DNA of 64,000 nt from Penicillus capitatus (Eukaryota > Plantae > Chlorophyta). The position numbers and the translations under genes were made by a program. This document shows positions 51,338 through 61,911 of the stretch, one piece after another. The notes below the pieces were generated by a model. The model ran no database searches, had not been told where the DNA came from, and saw only the letters and a program-made list of their open reading frames with translations. The stretch spans positions 1,007,949-1,071,948 of the forward strand of contig OZ287698.1 in NCBI GenBank assembly GCA_965649825.1, given 5' to 3'. Positions within the stretch are counted from its first letter, which is position 1. Every line of letters starts with the position of its first letter.

Positions 51338-51839
51338 ACGAAGCGTCGCTTCCTCTTGGTCGTGTTTCTTGCTCTTGTGTTTGTCAAAAACGCGGATGCC
51401 TCTGTCTCGCTCGAAGAAGACGCCGCTGAGAATTCCGACAGTGGCGGCGCCGAAAGCATCGGAGGTTGGATTCCTTGTCACCTGCTCCATTCAAACGCCG
51501 ACCTAAGCAAAACTGCTTTCCACAGGGATCACAGTGACGACTGGAGAGCTGGCGTATAGCAACATTGGGGATAAAAGTGAATGCCCCGTGATGCCGTAAT
51601 CGGATGCGCAAACGGCGGCGCGCGTGGTCACGACGCATGTCCTCTTCGACACAGAGTTTAGGAAGCCGCCGACAGTGTTCCTCTCTGTCACAAGACTTGC
51701 AGCGTCCAACGCCATGGATGTCGCACGCTATTAGCTTAAGATCCTTGAGGTGACGGAAACGGGGTTTGTTCTCGAAGTGCGCACATGGTGCAACTCCTAC
51801 ATCCACAAAATGAAAGTCAGTTACATGGCCATCGGGTAA
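51338..51839 (+). pseudogene. H-type lectin copy 4, interrupted: ACG in place of ATG, in-frame TAA (51597) and TAG (51732)
   Basis: (T)KRRFLLVVFLALVFVKNADA signal; intact phase-1 intron 51465-51525; CPVMP*SDAQTAARVVTTHVLFDTEFRKPPTVFLSVTRL...RY*LKILEVTETGFVLEVRTWCNSYIHKMKVSYMAIG*; no frameshift. Confidence 0.85.
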
Positions 51840-52407
51840 GGAAGACTCGATGCCGCAGCTCTTGTCATTTCAATGTCTGTAGGAAAGGAATCTAGTGTAG
51901 TTCCACGCGTCGCGAAGCTGCCGACGAGCTGCTGATTTTTTGGTTGATTTCACTTTGTTCTTAAACTCCAAATCCCCGAACAGACACTTTTCGCCCACGC
52001 GGCATTTTTCATTTTAATCATGAGCCGCTGTCATACTGCAAAGATCTAGATGTTTGAACACTGTTGAGCATTCACCTGTTAGCATGCATTTTGCATTTCT
52101 TTGTCCATCGCGTTGAACTAACTGATCAACCAGTCACTCCAATAGTAGTTTACGTTGATCGCTGCACATAGTTCACTAACATTCATTCTATGAATTGACG
52201 GCTGATCAAGATCAGCACGTTACAGAAAGAAAACTTCTTATCGTGTGCCATGGGAGCATTGTTCTTCACCGGCGAGCCCAAGCCCAGCACATCCTATTTA
52301 GATAGCTTCACTCCCAGTGATCTGCTCCCGAGTCAAGATTGTGCCCGGCGACGCATTTGATGATGCCATTCAATTGATCACGACAAGTGTTCGTTAGGTT
52401 TTTGAGG

Positions 52408-53180
52408 ATGGGCAATTCCCCAAGCAAACGTTCCCTCTTAAAAGTCGCGCGCAGCAAAACGTCCTATACGCCGCCTTTCCGAGATCCTTTGCCCGTTCAC
52501 CCACTACAGATAAAAACGACCTTTTCCAAAGTGCCGTGTTTTGTAGTTTAACCCTCTAGTCTATCTAGACATTCAGCTCGGGAGACGAACACCGGTATGG
52601 TTAGGTCGTATCGTCATCGAGCTGCGCAAAGATATCGTCCCCAAGACAGCAGACTATTTTCTCAAACTAACAACCTCACATGTCGCCGGATTTACCCTAA
52701 AGGGATGCCATTTCCACCGCATCTTCTCTCATTTTCTATGCCAGGCACGCCGAGGTCTGTTCTCAAGGGGAACATCTTCAATAATTTGAAGTGTTGTTCC
52801 CTGTAGACGGGTGCACTGAAGGTAGTGGATGAGCTCAACGATCCAGCTGAGGAACCAGTCAGCCTGGAAGGAGACAGTTTGGTGTTGGAACACGTGGAAG
52901 GTGTCCTCTCGATGGATCCCATTTCTTCACAGTTCTCACTCTGTGGGACATCTGTTCCATGGCTGGATGGACATCACATTGTCTTCGGTCAGGTAAATGC
53001 TAACCGAGGGGGCACAGGGCGGAGAGAAATCTGGCGGCTCTGTAGGTGATTGATGGCTATGGGATTGTGAAGGCAATACAGATGTGTGGCACACCAACAG
53101 GGTTTCCATGTATGGAAGCGAGAATCGTCGACTGTGGCCAACTGGATGGTGAGAACATCGATCATGTGTCTTGTCTTTGA
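52408..53180 (+). CDS. Cyclophilin-type peptidyl-prolyl isomerase with a possible N-myristoylation motif (MGNSPS)
   Basis: NPLVYLDIQ...GRIVIELRKDIVPKTA, FHRIF..FLCQ, SQFSLC...WLDGHHIVFGQ|VIDG...IVDCGQL. Introns include GC-AG 52745-52806. The start at 52408 is inferred. Confidence 0.9.
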
Positions 53181-53465
53181 TACCGAGTGTTGGTGTGTAT
53201 CTGAATCAGCGAGTGCCATTCTCGCAAGTGCTTTGCCAGAAAGCTCAGCATCGGCTCTACCGATGACACCATCTTCAACAACGAAACACATTTCACCAAA
53301 AATTTTGCGGAGTGTTATTGTGGCCGTGGGCATCCTTTCCAGTACATGGTACGTGTCAGATAACGGAGATGTTATTGTTTCGAGTATGAAGAGAGTGACG
53401 TAGGCTGCTGCATCGCCCGGTGGAACGTACGAAGCTTGTTGGGAATCTTTTAAAGAGTGTGACAT
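52989..53465 (-). CDS. Uncertain 158-aa ORF between IleRS and cyclophilin, overlapping the last cyclophilin exon antisense
   Basis: ATG lies 84 nt after the IleRS stop; no family recognised. Confidence 0.2.
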   Translation of the reverse strand: MSHSLKDSQQASYVPPGDAAAYVTLFILETITSPLSDTYHVLERMPTATITLRKIFGEMCFVVEDGVIGRADAELSGKALARMALADSDTHQHSVSKTRHMIDVLTIQLATVDDSRFHTWKPCWCATHLYCLHNPIAINHLQSRQISLRPVPPRLAFT

Positions 53466-53549
53466 CTTTTCAAGTGAAATCCAGTTTCCGTGTCAGGGCA
53501 CACGTTTCCCTCGACTAAAGAGATGATTGGCGTTGTTGATGACGCAGCT

Positions 53550-56500
53550 CTAGCGTTCGTTTTTGAGACACTGTTCAAATTTCTCTCCGGATGAAGGCCA
53601 GAAATGCTTTCCGGACTCCAATGTTAATGAGCGTCCATTTACCACAACCTCTAAGATACCTCCTGCAAACATGTATCCATCCGTCCGTCCGTTGAAAGAT
53701 GGACTGCCGGACCTTTATTGGAAATCTCTGCCAGCAGCTTTGAGCGATCTCGACTGGCTAAGTAAAGCGTCGCATCTTCAAGCAGGTCACGATCCGCAAA
53801 CGCATCTGGTTCTGGGGCAATCGTCGTCGGCGTGATCATGGCGACATATGAGATGTTTCCATCCTCTGCCTTGATGAGCTGATTCTCTCTGAACAGGACT
53901 GCTGCACCGATTGGCTTCTCCTTTAACGGCATTACTGGGGAGCCCAATGCCTGCTTCAGGTATTCCCTCTGCGATGCCAGAGCCTTCTCGAAGAGAGGAT
54001 TGATCTCCGTTTCAGGCAACTCATAGTAAAGCTCGATGGAATCCGTCACTGTCAGTCCTGCCTTCTTTCTGAGTTTCTGATAGCGATTGACGACTTCACG
54101 TGCCACGCCCTGTTCAATCATCGACGTATCGATATGCAGATCCAGCATCACCAAGACGTCACGATCACTGTTGGCAGCAATTTGCGTTTCGTCTGCGCCC
54201 TCCGGCATCTTAAACTCCCTCAATACCTGTGCAGTCGATGGTTCAGATGATCATTCCACGAACTGCTCAAGTTGCCTTGATTTCGTTGGATGAGATGATG
54301 TGACCTTCGATTTCGAGGGAACCTTCCTGCTCCAAACGCAGCAAGCTCTCGATAGATAGAGCTTTGATCGCTGTCGAGACAGGGCCCATTGCTTTGCCCA
54401 GTTTTGCTCCCAGCGCCTTCCAATCGGGCTCTCCCTTTATCTTGGCATACTTTAAGGGATCATTACACGTCTTCAGGTTCAGCACATTCATCTCTTCCTT
54501 GACATATTCTGAGAGTTCACCTGAGATGCACACAGAAGGATCGCCGCAGATCATCAGCGTCTTTCACAATGAAGTCTCTACCAGCGACATCTTCTAGAAA
54601 AGTGTTGTCTGGGTGGACAACGATGAGTTCATGGATTGGCATTTTGACAGGAATATTTTTCTGCGCACGGATCTTCCGACCCAGTTCCACCACGCGGTGC
54701 ATCCTTTCCACCGATTGCTGAATCTGTTCGTCTCCTTCATGCAGCGCCACACTTTCTGGATACTCACAGAAATGCACACTATCTGGCAGAGCATCCATCG
54801 CCGTCTCTGGCACACATTTTCTCAAGTTCCCATACATCTTTTCCGTCAAAAAAGGGGTAAAGGGAGCCATCACTTTGCATACAGTAAACAAGACACGATA
54901 CAAACTCGCCAACGCAAATGCCGCATTCTCCGCGCCGTCTTTTCCCTGCACAACAGATGCTCACACCTCAGCCTTCAATATCTCAGCAGCACTGCCTTCA
55001 GCCGTCTTCGATTGAATCGAATGTAGATGTTCGTCAAACTGTCAATAAACTTCACTAGATACGGCACGACCGTATACAGGCGATAAGCATCCATCTCTTT
55101 GCGAACATAGCTCGTCAAGGATCGAGCCGCAGCTCCGATCCACTTGTCAAATATGTTCGTCGCTTTGTTCAGATCCATCTGTCCACCACAAGATCATCAT
55201 TCTGCAGGACTGTCTTCTTAAAGGACCACGCACTTGGTCAGGATGGAAGGCCGTGTGCGTTTCTTGCTGCCATCTGAGGACGTTCTGGACGAGGAATCGA
55301 TAGGCATTGTACCAGGGAAGAAACACGACTTTGACCACGTCTCGAACACCCGACTCCAGAAAGCGGATCGACTCGCCACGGACGACGGGAGAATCGATCA
55401 GGTACAGGCGCAGCGCATCTGCTCCGTATCTGTCGACGACATCCACTGGATCAGGGTAGTTCTTTAGTCTCTTGCTCATTTTCTTCCCATCAGCTGCCAG
55501 TACCATTCCATTGACGACATTGTTTTTGAAAGCTGGCTTATCGAAAAGGGCCGTCGATAAGACCATCAATGTATAGAACCAACCGCGTGTCTGATCCAAT
55601 CTACACGGTCCATCGCAGAAAGGGACAGGGAAACAGAGATCCTACCCTTCTGCTATGAAATCTGCAGGAAAGTTGTTTTCAAACAGCGAACGGTTTTCGA
55701 ACGGATAGTGAACTTGGGCATACGGCATGCTGCCGCTTTCAAACCAGCAGTCGAATACTTCATCCACCCGACGTAGCTGTCCCTTCCCTTGCTTGGACGG
55801 AATCGTCAGTTCGTCAATAAAATGTCGATGCAGATCCGAAACCTATAGAAGGTCATCCATCGCTGTGGAGAAGGTATGGGCATTGGAGCGTTGCTTTGTG
55901 TCCGGACAGTTCTTCAAGTTCTTGTCTCGATCCAATAACAACGATCTCTTCGCCGTCTTCGCTCATCCAAATGGGCAATGGTGTTCCCCAGAACCGACTT
56001 CGAGAAATGGCCCAGTCTCTTGCATTTTCAAGCCAGTTATGAAAACGGCCTTCTTTGACCGATTTTGGCACCCAGTACGTTTCGGCATTGTTCTTCAAGA
56101 GACGATCCTTGATCGACTCGACCTTGACAAACCAACTGGGGACGGCCTTGTAAATCAGAGGCGTCTCAGATCTCCAGCAGTAGGGGTAGGAATGCTGAAT
56201 ATTCGATGCATCTAAGAGTCTCCCTCTCGATTTTATGTCCTTCACAATGAGCTTATCAGCATCTTTGATATAGCTACACACATGCCGTCCACTCCGGAGA
56301 GAGAATCTCAGGGCGGTGCCTTACATGCCCGCAAAGTCTGTCACATCTTCTGTAAACATACCGGCATCGTCGACAGGACATGGCAAGAATCCGCCTTTCT
56401 GAATGATCCCGTGTGCCAAGCAGACGCGATAATCATCTTCACCAAATGCAGGTGCCTGGTGAACGATACCTGTTCCAGAATCGGCCGTGACGTAAGCGTC

Positions 56501-57773
56501 GGTCACAACGCGAAATCCTCCGTTGTCTTTGAGTGAAACAAAGTAAGGGAAGAGAGGCTCGTATGCAAGGCCCTCCAACTCCTTTCCTTTCATCTTAGAC
56601 ATCACTTGAAATCCACTGCCATCTTTGCTCTTCTTTTTGGGAACGGCCTCCGGAATGCTGGACAAGAGACACTCCGCCACAATATAGACGCTGCCAGTCT
56701 TTGGATCTTTTGCCTAGAAACGACCCGTTGTCAGACAGCATCGACATCCATACAAACAGAAAAGCCAGATCAATGTTCATATGTTATCTTGCTTCTTGGG
56801 TTACTTCATATGGCGCATACCTTCACATAGTCAAAGCTTTCATTCACACACAGGGCGATGTTGCTTGGCAGTGTCCACGGTGTGGTTGTCCAGGCCACAA
56901 AACGCGCTGCATCCGGGTCTTCCACGACCGGAAACGTCACCTGATGTCCCATCGCCCTTTCTACAATCGCCATCCCCGGAGACGAGAATTCACCATGATG
57001 GAAGGATCCTGGACGTCTTTGTAATTCAGTCCAGCTTCAAAATTCGACAGCGGCGTGCAGCATCCCGTCGAGTAAGCCATAACCTGCCCATCCAATCTGA
57101 TGCCGCGTCCAAGGCATCTATCTGGCTGTACTTTGAATCCCGAATAGACGAGGTCTTTTTCATAGAGCTGTTTGAAGACCCACCACACACTCTCCATAAA
57201 GCTAACGTCCAATGTCTTATAATCGTTCTCGAAATCAATCCATCGTCCCAATCGCTTCACTGTCTTCTCCCATTCCTTGGAATATCGCATGACGATGTTC
57301 CGACATTCTTCGTTGTAAACGGGGATGCCCATTTTCAGAACATCCTCACGCGATTTGATATCTAGACAGAGAGTGGGTCACGGGCAAGGGTGCTGACGAC
57401 GAAGGGGTAGATGTACTGAATGTCCGGTCGATCTCGTATTCGACTGGGAGTCCATGACAGTCCCATCCAAAACGACGGGAGACGTGATGACCCGTGGCCG
57501 AGGCGTAGCGCGTGACGATGTCCTGCGTTGTGGATCCGATCTCGTGGCGTGCGACGATAAGCGTGCGTGCGATACTTTGATCGTTCCTGCTAGGATGTGA
57601 CCGTAGTGTGGCAGTCCAGTGGCAAATGGCGGCCCGTCATAGAAAACGAATTCGGGTTTGCCTTCTGTGCGCTTTAGTTGTTGAGGAAACGCTTGAATGT
57701 CATCCCAAAAGCGCAGGATGTCGACTTCTTCATCAGGAAAGCTGTAGTCTTTGCCTTCCTTTACATCCTCCAT
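53550..57773 (-). CDS. IARS1: Cytoplasmic isoleucine--tRNA ligase, 14 exons
   Basis: [14 protein letters not shown] (HIGH), [52 protein letters not shown]|[14 protein letters not shown]. 13 introns mapped, 3 of them GC-AG. Stop TAG at 53550-53552. Confidence 0.97.
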
Positions 57774-57851
57774 CGTCAGAACAATGATGTGACACTTCGA
57801 AATGGATGAACGTTTAAAGAATACATATTCGCCATCTCATTGCAAACCCGA

Positions 57852-59185
57852 TCAACTACAGCGATTGGCGAATCCCACAAGCACTGTACAGTCATCCATC
57901 TTGCCGCCTTCAGGAAAGAACCTCTTGAACCAGGACGTCTAAAAACAGAAAACGAGATGATCGATCGAGTCCGAGGTGAGGAAGGGTGTGGGGTACGGCT
58001 CCGGCGGCGGCTGCGTGGACAGCCCATGGTGACCGTATCTTTTTCTGTTTGGCGTTGTAGTGTGCAATGTCTGCGATGCGCTTCGAAACGATCTGCGCTG
58101 TTTCTTCGTCTGTTGGATGCTCTCCCACAAAACTGTTGACAATACGTGTCAGATCATCATCCCATACGTTGTCAAACAGGCCATCCGATCCCATCACAAT
58201 GACATCTCCCTCCTGCAATTCAAAACTGTACGTGTCGGCATCGCATGGCCAATCTGTTTCTGGCAGGATCATAGGGTTAGCCAGTTGGTAAGGCATATTG
58301 AAGTCATGACTCATAGCCTAAGGAAACACCATCTGAATGCAGAAGGGAGCAGACGTTCTGAGAGATGCCTTTGTCGAGAAGACACAATGTGAGCCACGGA
58401 TGACACGAACGCCGCAGTCTCCCAAATTGGCAACGTCCAAGAGTCCATCTGGCTGTACCAAGGCAACACACAGCGTCGCGCTTCCAGCAGACTTCGAGGA
58501 CTCGTGAGCATGTTCAATGGCATGCAGTATACTGACAGGCTGTTCTCGCGTTTCTCCGAGATACTGCAAAACGGCAGTCGTGAGCTCATTGGAGTAAAGT
58601 GAAGGATCGACGCCATCGTGTGACCAACTGCCGACACCATCTGCCACTCCCATGGCCCCATAGCCAATAGGACTCACAAAAAACGCATCTTCTCCACCAG
58701 ACAACACCTAGATCTTTATCCTTCAGAGAAGCCAGAGATGCTTTGGGCACCTTGTTCACGTGGGGGATGATTGTCCCGGCTGCCACCATTCGAATCTCGG
58801 CCCCCAGAGCCACTCCATTCGATCCATTCTTGTGCATCGGTAGAGATCCGGCTAGAGGTTCCTGGACCTCCTTCGATGATTCAGGCGCTTCTCTGACCTG
58901 AACAGCGATCGGCTGTTTTGTTGTTTCTTCTGGAAGGGTCTGGCCGTTCTCCTGGGCATTCTTCTGCAGAACAGCTGCCGCTTGTAGCTGCTCTTGAGCT
59001 TCTCTTGCCTCTTTCCGTAGTGCGATCTCTTCCTCTTGCATCTACGGCAGACAGCCAGAATCAGAATCTCGTTACAGGCAAAGGGCCTCTCTAGTGTAAT
59101 CATCTCTGGCAATTCGAACAAGACGACCCGACATGAACGTTGAATGAACTGAGAAGTACCTTACAGAGCCAAACGCGAAGTCCAT
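57852..59185 (-). CDS. PTC7/PPTC7-type PP2C protein phosphatase with an N-terminal coiled-coil extension
   Basis: GEDAFF, GVADGVGSW, GSATL, ANLGDCG, HDFNMPYQL, GSDGLFDNV and GGKMDDCTVLV. GC-AG intron 58318-58368. The start codon is approximate. Confidence 0.92.
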
Positions 59186-59269
59186 TTCCAAGAACTCTAA
59201 AGATAGAGCCGCACCAAAAAACGCCTCGCCTCAAAAAAGGTGTTATCATTGTTGTCCGACGCAAAAATC

Positions 59270-60693
59270 TCAGGAATCTTGTGCCAAGATCATATCATTT
59301 ACCCTGATCTGCTCCTTCAGGCCACGAATCTCGGATTGGTACGTCTTCACCGTGCTGTTCAGCTCTGTCTGGTGATTTTCTTTCAGCGTCTTCAGCATGG
59401 ACTCGTATTCTCCCAGCTGTGCCTCCAATCCACTCTCGTGTGCCTTTATCTGCTCGTATGCACTCCTGACATCTTGCAGACTCTTCTCCATCTCCACAGC
59501 AACAGATTCTGTCTCCTGAATGAGAGGGCATGGGTGCTGACCTCGACGGTGGTTTGATGTTGGTCATTCTGTTCTTTCTCTTTCTTTTCGAATTTCTTCA
59601 TCCATTCCATTTCTATCTGCGCTTTCTCGTCCTCGTACTTCTCTTTCAGATCGGCAGTTTGTTGTTCTCTTTCTTTGAGCATCGCTTCTTTCACGTTCTG
59701 CGCTTCTTGTTTCAGTTGGGTTTCGTATTCGGATTCGAGGTTCTTTCGGACGGCGCGTTCACGAGTGGCGAGTTTGGCATCGAAGTCTGCTTCTTTCTTG
59801 CCGATCTCCTCCAACAGCTGTGATCTGTATTCACCGTCTCTCTGTTCCAGCTGCTCTGCCAAGACTTTGGCGAATTCATCCTCCATCTTCTTCTCCCTTT
59901 CTGCGATTCTCTCCTCCACCTTGGACATCTGACACAAAACAGCTATTCTCTGTCAGGCAAAAAGATATGCTGTCGCTTACAGGGATAAGGGGTTCTTTGC
60001 CTTTACTCGGCCGAACAAAGCGCTTAACCAAGGCGGCCACCACCCAGAGAAGCAAAATGGCGCCCGATACAAAACTAGCCATCTTGATGGGATCTTTCGT
60101 TAGACCACCAAATTCCTTCCCTGGTTCTTCGACGATCACATTTTCCACCTAGGCACGTTTCCCTCGGGGTTTCGTTCTGAGCAATCGTCCTGTGTACTCT
60201 CTCAACTGGGGCCGTTGTTGGAGGAGGAGGTGCTTCATCTGTAACACACACAGTATTCTGAGTGATACGTTCCAGTCAATGGCGATCGAGACCTCCGGGA
60301 ACGACTGTGCCTTTTGTTCCCGATGGACCCATTTCCTCTAAAAGACCAACGAGTGTGAGCAGCATCATGACAAAGGCATGCATTTCACACAGAGTGACCA
60401 GAGCCATTACCTTTACCTTCAACAAATTGTCGCCTCGTCGGCGATCTTGACATCTTCTTTAGCTTGTTGGCATCTAAAAACGTGACGGTTGCCAGACAGC
60501 AGACATGTCGCTCCAGGAATGTGCCTTTGGAGGTGCCGGAACCAGATGATACGCCAGAGGTTGTACTTCGTCGTGAACAGATCACGGCGCTGCGTCGTCG
60601 CCAAGAAACAACAGGTGTCGCACAAGGACGCGACGTCAGACTCTTCGAGCCTTTATCGTAAACGATCGAACAGCGAGCGCTGCGAAAGTACAT
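59270..60693 (-). CDS. Single-pass membrane coiled-coil protein with a transit-peptide-like N-terminus
   Basis: Ser/Arg-rich MYFRSARC...RRSAVICSRRSTTSGV, TM segment MASFVSGAILLLWVVAALV, long E/K-rich heptads. Exon joins inferred. Confidence 0.7.
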
Positions 60694-60781
60694 GGAGGCA
60701 GAGAACATGACAATCTTGCTCGACCGTATTCGCCGTATTTCGAATTGAAGCCTTCAAGATCAACGTGTTTGAGGTACTCAG

Positions 60782-61809
60782 ATGCCGGAAGCTAAGAAAC
60801 CTCGATACGATGAGAAATGCCAGTCGAGTGATGCTGCGTTTCATCGAGTCTTGTCCGAGTTTGGCAAAGTACAGGAGAAACTTGAACAGGTTTGCCGATT
60901 GCATGTCGTTTTCCGAGAGAGATGACGGATGGCATGCACATAGCTGACCGTGAGGATGTCGGAAGAAGGACTCCACGTTGTGAGACAAGTCTGTCAGCAG
61001 TTCAATGCCTTGAGGGAACCACACTATGCTTCCCGGGCTACTTTGCTAAAGAAGCTGCCGAAATTCTGGACAACGGTTCTCAGCAATCATCCCTTCTTGT
61101 CACCTCGTCTCACCACAGACGACCTGGAAATCTTACAGTACTTAACGAACGTACAGATCTTGTACTTTATTGAGATCAAAGAGCATAAGCGATGGGATGA
61201 TTTTAGGTCGCAGTCCGGGAATACGAAGACAGTCAATGCGGATTCCGAATCGATTTTCATTTCAACGAGAATCCGTTCTTCGACGAGCTCCGCCTCGCCA
61301 AGAGGATTACCTTCAATGACGAAGGCGATATGATTGTCGATGGTACCACGCCGACATGGAAAGAAGACATGGTCTCGATGTCCTTTAAAGAAGGAGATGC
61401 AGTGCTCGTTGCTTAGGGTCCGGCAAGAGAAGAAGTCGAAGAAAAGACCAAGAGAAAATGCGATCGGTCGTACGGGTTTTTCTTGTGGTTTGGAGAACGG
61501 GGGGCGTTGGAAGGCGGCCAAGTGGATGACATGTCTTTTCTCTTCAAGAATGATATCTGGCCAAACCCAATGCGTTACTACTCTCATCCCGAAGGCGTAA
61601 GAGATCCGACAACAGAGAGTTTCGCGATGTGCGTCACGTAGGAGCCGGTTCCCGAATTGCGACAGGAGCCGATGGAAGAGGACATCCCGAATGCAAGAGT
61701 AGAAGCACCACCAGAAGGGCAGGATGAGACAGTCGTGGCCGAGGACTCGATGCACAGCATGACAAACGGCGAGAAGACGGCAGAAGACGATCCAGGAATG
61801 GGCGACTAG
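60782..61809 (+). CDS. NAP/SET-family histone chaperone (NRP-like)
   Basis: LKKLPKFWTTVLSNHP, LQYLTN|VAV, FRIDFHFNENPFF, TPTWK, FFLWF and KNDIWPNPMRYY; acidic tail; 4 introns. Confidence 0.9.
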
Positions 61810-61911
61810 ACGAAAAGAACAGGACACATCGATCGCATCTGTCGCGACATTGTTTGAATGGTTAGCGTGTTGATGTTGCATAATCTGGCAGCCATCTATT
61901 CATCTGCGACG

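Noticed and set aside
51597-51734. Non-standard genetic code (TAA/TAG = Gln, as in some ulvophytes), suggested by in-frame stops in lectin copy 4
   Set aside because: The long conserved genes (IleRS, AFG2, RPS14, TRM6) contain no in-frame TAA/TAG, and TAA/TAG are used as true terminators (lectins, IleRS, rotatin, NAP). One of the stops also sits at a Trp position, not Gln.
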